Virus record (IMG/VR): IMGVR_UViG_3300012964_000007
Coordinates: 1-44,003 of that record
DNA from: a virus
Reading direction: 5' to 3' (one strand)
DNA length: 44,003 nucleotides
The translations under genes were made by a program, and so were the position numbers. Under the pieces are notes generated by a model. The model was not told the origin of the DNA, did not search any database, and worked only from the letters and a program-made list of their open reading frames with translations. This document shows, piece by piece, positions 9,144 through 18,611 of this stretch. How positions within the stretch are numbered: the stretch's first letter is position 1; every line of letters begins with the position of its first letter.

Positions 9144-10073
9144 ATGAAACCAACTACCTTCAACAAAATCATAGCATCAATCCTAGTAGGGCTCTATGCC
9201 ATGTTCACTATGGTTCCGTATGCGAGTGCAACAGCAGGAACAGTAAATGTACTCGTAGTGGGTGGAGGTGGAGGTGGTGGTTCAAACGCCGCAGGTGGAG
9301 GTGGTGCGGGTGGTTATCAAGCTAATACTTCTTTTACTGTAACACCACAAGTATATTCTATAGTAGTTGGAACTGGTGGAGCTGGAGATACATCTACTAC
9401 TGCTAATGGAGCTAATGGTGTTGCTTCTAGTTTTTCTACAATAACTGCTAATGGTGGTGGAGGTGGTGGTACAAATGGTGTTGGAGGTAATGGTAATGGT
9501 TCTAATGGTGGTTCGGGTGGTGGAGGTTCTTCTGTAACAAATGGTACTGGAGGTACTGGCTCTCAAGGTTCAAATGGAGGGGCTGGATTATTTACCACAC
9601 CTTATCCTTCTGGTGGTGGTGGAGGTTCTTCCGCTGTGGGTGGTACTGGTGCAGGTTCAACAGGTGGTGTTGGTGGTGCAGGTACAGCAAACTCTATTTC
9701 TGGAGTTTCTGTTACTTATGCTGGTGGAGGAGGTGCAGGGGCAACTACTCAAGGAGCAAGTAATGGTGCAGGAGGGTCTGGTGGAGGAGGTGCAGGAGGT
9801 GTAAGTGGTGGTGCGGCATCGGTAGCTGGAACTAATGGTCTTGGTGGTGGAGGTGGTGGAGGTACAAACAATGTTGGTAATACTAATGGAGCTAATGGTG
9901 GCTCTGGCGTTGTAATTATTGCCTATCCAACCGCAGACGCAGCAAACTATACTTGCGGCGGTACCACGACGACTTCAGGAAGCAACACTATTTGTACATT
10001 CACTTCGAGTGGTACATTTACGTACATTTCTACCACTGCAACCTTCGCATTTTGGCAGTGGTTAGACTTTTAA
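9144..10073 (+). CDS. Glycine-rich protein with an N-terminal signal peptide (309 aa)
   Basis: N-terminus ...ILVGLYAMFTMVPYASA|T, followed by long Gly runs (VVGGGGGGGSNAAGGGGAGG...). The non-Gly C-terminal domain contains Cys residues. Confidence 0.6.
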   Translation: MKPTTFNKIIASILVGLYAMFTMVPYASATAGTVNVLVVGGGGGGGSNAAGGGGAGGYQANTSFTVTPQVYSIVVGTGGAGDTSTTANGANGVASSFSTITANGGGGGGTNGVGGNGNGSNGGSGGGGSSVTNGTGGTGSQGSNGGAGLFTTPYPSGGGGGSSAVGGTGAGSTGGVGGAGTANSISGVSVTYAGGGGAGATTQGASNGAGGSGGGGAGGVSGGAASVAGTNGLGGGGGGGTNNVGNTNGANGGSGVVIIAYPTADAANYTCGGTTTTSGSNTICTFTSSGTFTYISTTATFAFWQWLDF

Positions 10074-10125
10074 ATGGAAAAGTTGTATCATAAAGATATG
10101 TCAATAACCATGACCAACAACAACC

Positions 10126-10968
10126 ATGAAAAACAATATCGCCATTTTTTTGATAGCAATAATCGTAATACCAGTTCCGTTCCTATTTAAGAAAACAATT
10201 ATGGACACCCAAGAACTACAAAGGCAGTTAAATGAATTGCAACAAAGGGTCGATAGTATTGACGCCCAGAGACTTTCTTATCCGCTGGATGCAAATTCTC
10301 GAAGTGTCCTAGAGAGAGTCACGGATGATTTTCTTCTTGACAAGGTGTTCGACTTGACTTGGAAAAAAATGTTTCACTATTTAACTACATTCGAGAGTAT
10401 AAATACTACGAATAGTGGTTTTGGGGTCGTGGCCGTTGGTGGTTCTGTAACGGCAGATGGCACTCAGGTTACTATTTCAACTGGTGGTACTTCATCAAAT
10501 TCTGCTGAGGTTTATAAGAGGCCATTCAATTTTGGTCCGTCTTCTTTCAATCAAAAAAGTAATTTTAGAACAGCAATTGATTTAAGTGCAAGCACAAACC
10601 AGACAGTATATATTATTGTTGGAAAAACTGGGGCAAATGATTATTATGGTTTTAAAGTAGTGAATGGGAATCTTTATGGAGTAACAAAAGATGGGACGAC
10701 TGAAAACGCAGTCCTTCTTCAAACGGTAACATCTTCTACCATTTATAACATTGAAGCAAGATATGTTCCAGGTGTAAAAGTATCATTCTATGTCGATGCA
10801 ATCTACAAAGGAACTAGCACCGTAAATCTCCCTAGGCCTTACGTGTCAGGATCTGTTGTTGTTAACAAGAATTTATTTGATATTCTTGTAACAACAAATG
10901 AGAATGCGATAAAAACTTTAACTGTGTCCTTCTTTGAATTCCTGCAATTCAGAAATGTGCTAAAATAG
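10126..10968 (+). CDS. Protein with an N-terminal TM helix (280 aa)
   Basis: MKNNIAIFLIAIIVIPVPFLF, then a short coiled coil and a beta-rich domain. The start could instead be the internal Met at MDTQELQ. Confidence 0.5.
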   Translation: MKNNIAIFLIAIIVIPVPFLFKKTIMDTQELQRQLNELQQRVDSIDAQRLSYPLDANSRSVLERVTDDFLLDKVFDLTWKKMFHYLTTFESINTTNSGFGVVAVGGSVTADGTQVTISTGGTSSNSAEVYKRPFNFGPSSFNQKSNFRTAIDLSASTNQTVYIIVGKTGANDYYGFKVVNGNLYGVTKDGTTENAVLLQTVTSSTIYNIEARYVPGVKVSFYVDAIYKGTSTVNLPRPYVSGSVVVNKNLFDILVTTNENAIKTLTVSFFEFLQFRNVLK

Positions 10969-10972
10969 AAAT

Positions 10973-12763
10973 ATGCCAATCATCCCCAACCCACAAACTC
11001 AAAAATGGCGAGCAGGACTTCCCGGTAAGTTTTTTGGGGATATTATTCAGTCATGGAATATTGACCTCGAAAGAAGCGAGGGGAAGGTATCGTCTTCTCA
11101 GAGAGCAGCCATCCTTGCAGATTCTACTGATGTCAGTGGAATGGGGACTCCTTTACACTTTCTAGCCACAGACGCAGACGCAACAAGCAGGTGGTGGGCT
11201 CTTTCTACTGGTAAAATGGCAAACACTTCTGGTTCAGACCCGGTTACTGGGTGGGCGGCTGACGCACTCGCGAATTCTCCAACTGACGCTCAGGATATGG
11301 TTGTTCATGAATCAAATAACAGCAACCAGAGACTTCTTGTAACTAGAGCCTCAGACATTGCGATACTGAACAGTTCTGGTTCTAATAACATCTGGACTTC
11401 AAGCTGGTGGGTTACAACACTTGGGCAAACAGCACTATCTTCTTCATATAAACACCCGACAGATCGTCTCGATAGACTTGTTGCTGTTGGAGACGGAGAG
11501 TTTATCCACACAATAGACCAGTCTGACGTTGTTGCATACAAAAGACTTTCTTTTAGCGCCACATATAAATGTGTCGCAGTCTATGTATCTCTAACAAGAT
11601 TTTGGTTTGTTTTTCAGAATAAAATCGGAGGGAAGGGGATGGTGGCTGAGTGGGACGGTGGGGCCGAGAAAGCAAATGTAACTTACGAGATAAACGGTCA
11701 TCCTCTTTTTGGGTTTGTCAAAGATGATGTATTTCATGTCATTACAGACGACGGAAGAATAAATAAGTTTAATGGGCGTGGTTTTTCTACCCTCGTTGAA
11801 TTCCCATGCAGCGAGGAAAGACAATTACTCCCACCACCGTTGTCAGTTAAAAACTGTACTATTGATGGAGATGTTGTGTACATGAACATCAAGGAACCAT
11901 TTTATTCAAAAAAAATGAGATCTGGAATTTGGGCATTTAACACAAAAAATGGAAACCTCTATCATCATAAAAGCTTTGGACAATACAAACTTTCTGTTGG
12001 GACATCTAAGGACTTTGGACAAGGGCAAGGATCTTCAATAGAAGCTGGTGGACTGGTTCAGACCTTTGCAGCATCAACATATCAATATTTCTTGATGGGG
12101 GCAAAAGTTTATACCAATTATGCCGGCGGAGGTTCAACGGAAACTGCAATTTATGGTAATTACTATATAAACAATCATGGATATTTTGTAACTAGTCTTA
12201 TCCCATCTTCAGAAATCGAGCATTTTTGGTATAACGTTTGGGTCAGATTCAGTCGCCTCATTTCATCTTCTGAAAAGATCATTACGAAGTATCGTGTTAC
12301 GGAAGGTCTTATTTATAGCCCAGCAGACAACATACTTTACGCCACGGCAGCGTGGACATCAACAACAACATTTACTGCAATCCTTCCGGTTGGAGTTGCT
12401 GTCGGGAATGAAGTTGAAGTCGTTTCTGGAGACAATGCTGGATGTTTATTCCACATATCATCCCTTTCGGCAACTCCAGATGGCGCATCGACTATTACGG
12501 TAACAATTGATGAGGCAACCCCATATTCTTCTTCAGGGAGCTCTCTTGTGCGCTTCGACGATTGGGTAAAGATTCCAAGTGGAAGCAATAACCCTATAAC
12601 GACCTCGTTGTCGAACGCAACTAGGTGTGTAAACCAAGTTATTGGCGACCCAACAGCTGCATGTGGTCCTTACATACAATTTAAGGTTGAATTGAGAGGA
12701 TATGCTGTCGAGATTGATCAACTCCGTGTTGACGCTAAAATTCAGACATCATCCCAGTTATAA
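10973..12763 (+). CDS. Large virion-module protein (596 aa), function unassigned
   Basis: Long clean ORF in the late operon; no motif recognised. Confidence 0.55.
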   Translation: MPIIPNPQTQKWRAGLPGKFFGDIIQSWNIDLERSEGKVSSSQRAAILADSTDVSGMGTPLHFLATDADATSRWWALSTGKMANTSGSDPVTGWAADALANSPTDAQDMVVHESNNSNQRLLVTRASDIAILNSSGSNNIWTSSWWVTTLGQTALSSSYKHPTDRLDRLVAVGDGEFIHTIDQSDVVAYKRLSFSATYKCVAVYVSLTRFWFVFQNKIGGKGMVAEWDGGAEKANVTYEINGHPLFGFVKDDVFHVITDDGRINKFNGRGFSTLVEFPCSEERQLLPPPLSVKNCTIDGDVVYMNIKEPFYSKKMRSGIWAFNTKNGNLYHHKSFGQYKLSVGTSKDFGQGQGSSIEAGGLVQTFAASTYQYFLMGAKVYTNYAGGGSTETAIYGNYYINNHGYFVTSLIPSSEIEHFWYNVWVRFSRLISSSEKIITKYRVTEGLIYSPADNILYATAAWTSTTTFTAILPVGVAVGNEVEVVSGDNAGCLFHISSLSATPDGASTITVTIDEATPYSSSGSSLVRFDDWVKIPSGSNNPITTSLSNATRCVNQVIGDPTAACGPYIQFKVELRGYAVEIDQLRVDAKIQTSSQL

Positions 12764-12803
12764 ACAGTGACAATATTAATTCTTTAGGATATAATAAACG
12801 TAT

Positions 12804-14027
12804 ATGGCAACACCTATTTATCTCTACACAGACCTCTCCACCGCCGTCAATGAAGCAATCTCGGGAAAGAAAACAAACCTCATCAATGAGCGCGCTCTTT
12901 ACAATCGAGGAGTAAGAGAGATAATTTCTGCGATAGACCTTCGAAGTCAAAAAAGAAAGAGCCAAATTTCCCCAGGAATCTATACAAAGGTATATTCTTA
13001 TGCAGCACCTGCTGATATAAAAGATAACGCGGTTGTTGACATTCAGAAGCAGACAGACAGAAAAGAAGAATTCTTTTTAACAACCCCAGAGGAGTTCGAC
13101 AGAACAAAAACGTATCGTTCAGGTCTCGTGGCTTTTGATGATCACGATTTTATAAAGACAATGAACTTGTCTACGGAATTAAATACCACGGAAGTTGCAA
13201 TAAATGAGTTCGATTCTCTTACAGGGAATGGAACTTTTGCTGCAACTGGAGACGCAAGCGCTTTGAGTATTGATTCAGTGAATTTCATTAACGGGTCGGC
13301 GTCACTTCAGTTCAGTACCGCATCATCGGCAACAGCTGCAGTTATTACTAACCCAGACATGACAGCTCTCGATCTAACAAAATTCAATAGCCATGAACTC
13401 TTCCTATGGGTTTATATCCCCTCAACAACTGGGCTCACGAATTTCATTCTTAAGTGGGGGTCAAGCTCTTCGGACTATTGGTCTCAGACAGTAACAACAA
13501 CACACGAGGGCCTCGCATTCCAGACTGGGTGGAATCTTCTTCGTTTCAATTGGCCATCTTCATATACAGGAACCCCTGTAATTACTGCGGTTAATTACAT
13601 GCAATTGACTATCACGAAAACTGGCAGCATGGCGGCTCAGACACAGTGGCGCTTGGACTTCCTCGTTGCGAGATATGGAGAGATACATTCAATTATTTAT
13701 TATTCAAAGTTTGCATGGCAGGACAGCACGTATGCTTACAAGGAAAATTCAACAGCTGATACAGACTACCTTGTTGCGGACACAGATGAGTTTAATCTTA
13801 TCGTTCAATACTGTGCGAAACTTGCTTCTCAGGCGGTTCGCATGGACGCGAATGACAGGAAGGCAATTGCTGATGATTTAATTACCATGCAAGACAGATA
13901 TATACAGCGTTTCCCTTCCGACCGAAAGCTTTATCAGGATACCTACCACGAATTTGCTACTATTTCTGGAGACTTTGACGTGTTCCGTGATAGGGGTGGA
14001 TTATTCGAAGATGAAACAGTACATTAG
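12804..14027 (+). CDS. Virion-module protein (407 aa), function unassigned
   Basis: Long clean ORF in the late operon. Confidence 0.55.
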   Translation: MATPIYLYTDLSTAVNEAISGKKTNLINERALYNRGVREIISAIDLRSQKRKSQISPGIYTKVYSYAAPADIKDNAVVDIQKQTDRKEEFFLTTPEEFDRTKTYRSGLVAFDDHDFIKTMNLSTELNTTEVAINEFDSLTGNGTFAATGDASALSIDSVNFINGSASLQFSTASSATAAVITNPDMTALDLTKFNSHELFLWVYIPSTTGLTNFILKWGSSSSDYWSQTVTTTHEGLAFQTGWNLLRFNWPSSYTGTPVITAVNYMQLTITKTGSMAAQTQWRLDFLVARYGEIHSIIYYSKFAWQDSTYAYKENSTADTDYLVADTDEFNLIVQYCAKLASQAVRMDANDRKAIADDLITMQDRYIQRFPSDRKLYQDTYHEFATISGDFDVFRDRGGLFEDETVH

Positions 14028-14051
14028 AATCTGATTTTTTAAAAAAACGAC

Positions 14052-15365
14052 ATGGCATATACAGACCCAAAAACAGGAAAGACGGTAACTCTACAGGGAG
14101 ATCCAGGAGCTCAAAACCTCGAGGCGAATAAGAGGGGTCTTGATTATGTCCCAGATACTAAGCCTACTGTCCCAGAAAGTGCTTACGGTGGTCAGAAGCC
14201 TGGAGCATTTGATGCAAGCAAAGTTACCCCAGTGACCGACTCTTCCGCTGTTCGCCGTGATGTTGCAGCTGCTGGAGGTGCTGACGCTGTCGGCCCAAAG
14301 CCGTTTAAGGCACAAACATACGATGAATTCAAAGCAAGTATGGGGGAAACGACAACACCACCACCTACTCAGCCGAGCCAAGTTGACCAGTATGCGAAGT
14401 TGCGAGCAGATCAAGGTATTTCTGCTATTGAGGATTCTATTGGTCAGTACGAGGGAGAAAAGGCTGATCTTCTTTCTGCTGCAGAAAAATTCAAAAGAGG
14501 CGCAACTGCTGGATATTCGGAAGCAACTGCTGGTGCACGCATCAGCGAAGAAGAGCGTAATATTCAAGATAGATTAGATTTCATTGGTCGTCAAGAGGCT
14601 CTTGCTCAGGGGAAGCTCACGATTAAGAATAACTATATCCAATCGATAATGGGGTACACCAAGGATGACTATGCAACCGCACGACAGAACTATGAATATG
14701 AATTCAACAAGAATATCCAGATGCAGAATGCATATACTTCAGCGGTTAACAAAGATCTTACCCTCGACGAGAAGCAAAAGAATGATGCTCGCGCGACGAT
14801 AACAAGTATGTGGAATATGGCCAAGGATACTGTTGGTCGTGACCCAAAAGCGCTTGATGACTATTTTGCTAAGCACGGAAATGATTTGAACCAACTCGAG
14901 CTTCTTGCTGGAGAACCAATCGGTTCAACTGAAGCATTTCTTCGCGCGAAACCAAACGCTACTATCTTGAGTAAAGGGACAGGCGTTAATCCAGCGACCG
15001 GGAATATGGCATCTTGGTTTGTTACTATCGACCCTGTTTCTGGTCAACCAACCACATCATATGTTGACACAGGAACAAAATATCGCCCAACTGCAGCAAT
15101 TACCAAAGCTTCTACGGCGCAAGAAATTTCTGATCACTTTGATAGCATTGCTGGAGATGACGGATATGTTGATCCGCAAGCATTTATCGATGCACGTGCA
15201 AATTCATCCCTAACACCAACTGAGTTTAATAACAGATTTGGTGATTATGTAAATCCTGCTTCATATAGTCAGGTTAAACTTAAGCCACTTAGTGCTGCAA
15301 AGGCTGCTGGTGGAGACACCGCGGCAATGATTAGTGCCATCCGAGATAAAAAGACCACACAATAA
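14052..15365 (+). CDS. Virion-module protein (437 aa) with a disordered N-terminus and a coiled-coil centre
   Basis: Long clean ORF. P/T/G-rich N-terminal third. Confidence 0.55.
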   Translation: MAYTDPKTGKTVTLQGDPGAQNLEANKRGLDYVPDTKPTVPESAYGGQKPGAFDASKVTPVTDSSAVRRDVAAAGGADAVGPKPFKAQTYDEFKASMGETTTPPPTQPSQVDQYAKLRADQGISAIEDSIGQYEGEKADLLSAAEKFKRGATAGYSEATAGARISEEERNIQDRLDFIGRQEALAQGKLTIKNNYIQSIMGYTKDDYATARQNYEYEFNKNIQMQNAYTSAVNKDLTLDEKQKNDARATITSMWNMAKDTVGRDPKALDDYFAKHGNDLNQLELLAGEPIGSTEAFLRAKPNATILSKGTGVNPATGNMASWFVTIDPVSGQPTTSYVDTGTKYRPTAAITKASTAQEISDHFDSIAGDDGYVDPQAFIDARANSSLTPTEFNNRFGDYVNPASYSQVKLKPLSAAKAAGGDTAAMISAIRDKKTTQ

Positions 15366-15367
15366 AA

Positions 15368-18300
15368 ATGGATGAACTTAATACAATAAAACAAGGGGCC
15401 GAGAATATTTTGGGTGGCGTTGCTGATTGGGCAAAGAAGAGTGTTTATAATGTTTATGACAACATAACTCACCCTGGGCGCACCATCTCAAAACTTACTA
15501 CTCCATCTTCTGACCCAACGAGCCCTTTCTATAAGGCACCACCAGAAACTCCTGTCAGCCAGAGGGGTGAGGAGCTTAGTATGCCAACAAATACGCCTAA
15601 AATAAGTGCATCTGAAATGGAGAAGATGCAAACAAAAGATTCTTTTCAAAAGACACAAGACCTTGCTCTTTCTTTTACTCCAGCAGGACTTGAAAAGAAG
15701 GTTGGTGAAGAGGCCGTAAAGCAAATTGCTGAACATGTTGCTGGTCCAAAGATCCCAGAGATGGAGGCGATGAGTGGGAAGTCTCCTGCTGAAGTAAGGG
15801 CAGACACAAAAGAACCAAAAGCTGAGGTTCCACAGACTGACCCATCAGTAAAGATGGGGGTTTCACATGACACAGCGAAAACAAATGGAAGTCCAATTGG
15901 TATTGCTCTTAGAAACATGGAGTCATTCCCGAGTTTTTCTAAGATATTTAGTAAGCGTGTTGATGCGGGGATAACGAGTACTGGCGACGAGTCTGCTCTC
16001 GGGAAAACAAGACGTGTTCTTCAGGAAGGGCAAGAAATGATAAAAACGCAGGAGGCGCAAGATAAAAAAGGAAAGACTCTTGACAAACTTATGACAGAGA
16101 TGTATGACTCTGGACACTCTATTAATAAGTTCATGTCTACCGCTGAGGTGAAACTCGGCAGGAAACTTACCACTGATGAAAATGCTTATGTCGCTGCTCG
16201 TCTCTACAAGGGTGTTTCTGGGAAGATAGAGGCATCTCTTAATAAATTTGGAGAGGCAGTAAAGACAGCTGGGGAAGACTCAGGAAATGGAAACCTTTCA
16301 TCATATCTTTTTGCTCAAAGAAGCTCAGAGCGCGCAGGACGTGGCTTCAGTAACCCTGGAGGCTTGACTGCTGAAGATGCAATGAAGGCAATGGAAGACC
16401 TTAAGTCTGAGGTTGGGCCTGAGCGTTTTTCAAAGATTGAAGATGCCGCAAAGAAGGTATACCAATATGCAGATACGCTTCTTTCTCGTGTAAAAGAGAG
16501 CGGAATTATTAATCAGGAGGCCTACGACGCAATCAAGGCAAAAAACCAGAACTATACTCCTTTCGATATCCTTGAGCATATGTTGAACAAGGAGGATGCT
16601 GGCGTTATTCCATCTAACACGAAGGCGTTCTCTGTGGCACAACAAGATGTCATTAAGGGTATCAAGGGAGCGGATACGTCTTCACATATCGATGATCCAC
16701 TAAATGCCTTCGTTCGAAAGACGATGAAGGTTATTGACGTCACTGAGCGAAATAATGTGGCAAAGAAACTTGTCGATGTTGCAAAAGAAAGCGGTCTTGG
16801 GAAAGAACTTAAGCCTGGAGAAAAGCCGCCGAAGGGTTTCGACAAGATAAGTCTATTCGACAACGGCGTAAAGAAAGAGGTCGCAGTTCCAAGTGATGTC
16901 GCTGAGTCAATGAAAAGACTCACGGTGAAGCAGGCGGATATGGTCACTAGATGTGCTCGTTTCTGGGCGGGGGCTCTTCGTTCTGGTGCGACATCTCTCA
17001 ACATGGCGTTCATTGTACCAAATGCAATGCGTGACTTCGAAACAGCAACACTCGTAAATAAAGACGGTTTCAATATCGCCGACTGGGGGAGTGGCTTCTT
17101 TGAAGCAGCGAAAGCAACTGGTGCTGAATATGGTATGAACGTTGATGATTCTATTTTCCAGAGTTATCTTAATGATGCTGGGCAGATCGGAGGGTACTAT
17201 TCTACTTATCTGAGGGAGGTCCCAAAAACTGTTGATCAACTCACAAAGCCAACATACAAAAAAATCTTGGGTCTCCTTAACCCATTTAAGGTCATCTCTG
17301 AGGCTGGAACGGTAATTGAGCGCGCCCCTCGTTTGGGAATCTACATGAAAGCAATGAGCAAAGGAGCTTCTCCAGCAGAAGCTGGGTTTGCATCACGTGA
17401 AGGTACGGTAGACTTTGCAAAGATGGGAGAAACTATGAAGATGTTCAATATGTGGGTTCCGTTCGTGAACGCCCGTCTTCAGGGAGAAGTAAACATCATG
17501 AAGTCAATAAAGCGTGACCTTAAGGATCCTAAACGAGCAGCGTGGATTACTGCAAAGATTGGCGGGATGGCAATTGCTCCTTTCGTTGCAAGTTACTATA
17601 ACAACGTTTCTCGATATCCAAAGGTTTGGGATGATATTTCGAGTTTCGAAAAAGCAAATAATATCATCATGATTTATGGTGATAAGCAAGATGAGGCAGG
17701 TAGATACACTCAAGTATTGAAAATACCAAAGGGTGACTGGAACTACTTCATCGATCCGGTCCAGGACTTCCTTGAATGGTCACGAGACAAGAATACAAAT
17801 CTTCTTCAGACTCTTGCCTCTGACACCTTGATGGACTTTGTTCCGCTTTCAACGTCCCCACAATCGACAATGGGAAAGACCGCAGAACAGGCTGCAACGA
17901 GCCTACTTCCTTCTCCTGCAAAGGCTGTCGTGGAAGATGTTACCAACATGAACCTGTACCGCATGCAACCAATTGTTCCAAAGTCAATGGAACTTGCAAA
18001 GCCATCAGAGCAATATCGTTCTTATACGCCATGGCTTGCAAAGCAACTTGGGGCAGTTTTTGGTATTTCTCCGCTCAAGCTTGAAAACACAATGGAGACA
18101 CTCTTCGCGGGCCTCGGAAAACAAGCAATGTCTATCGCTGGCACAGTAGAGAAGCCGGGGCTCACAATACCAACGGATGTAGTTGGGCAGAGATTTACTT
18201 CTGTTGCTGGTGGAGCAGAAACAAAGAAGATAGGAGAAGACGTTGCAACCGCACAAGCCGACCAGGCAACAAGACAGGTCATCGAGAAGCGCGCTGCTGA

Positions 18301-18610
18301 GAATGCCCTTAAGTCAATTGTGAGCGCATCGTCACAAGAAGAGGCTCAGAAGATTTATGCAGACCTTTCAAGCAATCCCCGTATTATGAAGCGCGTTGAG
18401 CAAATGATTAAAGACCAGGCTGAGCAAATCTCAACTCAAGATAGAATTATTAAGCAATTGTCTCCTATCGAACGTGCTCAGTATATTTATAAACAAATAC
18501 AAGATGCTTCAGATAACAATGCAGCCGCGGACTTGCTTCAAAAATTCACTGATAAAGGATTTATGACAGCAGAAACTCAAACAGAATTATCAAATTTAAT
18601 TGCACAATAA
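15368..18610 (+). CDS. Very large virion-associated protein (1080 aa); internal/ejection-protein candidate
   Basis: Largest ORF, with its ATG 2 nt after the previous stop. The call rests on size and position only. No tape-measure-like gene is present elsewhere. Confidence 0.5.
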   Translation: MDELNTIKQGAENILGGVADWAKKSVYNVYDNITHPGRTISKLTTPSSDPTSPFYKAPPETPVSQRGEELSMPTNTPKISASEMEKMQTKDSFQKTQDLALSFTPAGLEKKVGEEAVKQIAEHVAGPKIPEMEAMSGKSPAEVRADTKEPKAEVPQTDPSVKMGVSHDTAKTNGSPIGIALRNMESFPSFSKIFSKRVDAGITSTGDESALGKTRRVLQEGQEMIKTQEAQDKKGKTLDKLMTEMYDSGHSINKFMSTAEVKLGRKLTTDENAYVAARLYKGVSGKIEASLNKFGEAVKTAGEDSGNGNLSSYLFAQRSSERAGRGFSNPGGLTAEDAMKAMEDLKSEVGPERFSKIEDAAKKVYQYADTLLSRVKESGIINQEAYDAIKAKNQNYTPFDILEHMLNKEDAGVIPSNTKAFSVAQQDVIKGIKGADTSSHIDDPLNAFVRKTMKVIDVTERNNVAKKLVDVAKESGLGKELKPGEKPPKGFDKISLFDNGVKKEVAVPSDVAESMKRLTVKQADMVTRCARFWAGALRSGATSLNMAFIVPNAMRDFETATLVNKDGFNIADWGSGFFEAAKATGAEYGMNVDDSIFQSYLNDAGQIGGYYSTYLREVPKTVDQLTKPTYKKILGLLNPFKVISEAGTVIERAPRLGIYMKAMSKGASPAEAGFASREGTVDFAKMGETMKMFNMWVPFVNARLQGEVNIMKSIKRDLKDPKRAAWITAKIGGMAIAPFVASYYNNVSRYPKVWDDISSFEKANNIIMIYGDKQDEAGRYTQVLKIPKGDWNYFIDPVQDFLEWSRDKNTNLLQTLASDTLMDFVPLSTSPQSTMGKTAEQAATSLLPSPAKAVVEDVTNMNLYRMQPIVPKSMELAKPSEQYRSYTPWLAKQLGAVFGISPLKLENTMETLFAGLGKQAMSIAGTVEKPGLTIPTDVVGQRFTSVAGGAETKKIGEDVATAQADQATRQVIEKRAAENALKSIVSASSQEEAQKIYADLSSNPRIMKRVEQMIKDQAEQISTQDRIIKQLSPIERAQYIYKQIQDASDNNAAADLLQKFTDKGFMTAETQTELSNLIAQ

Positions 18611-18611
18611 C

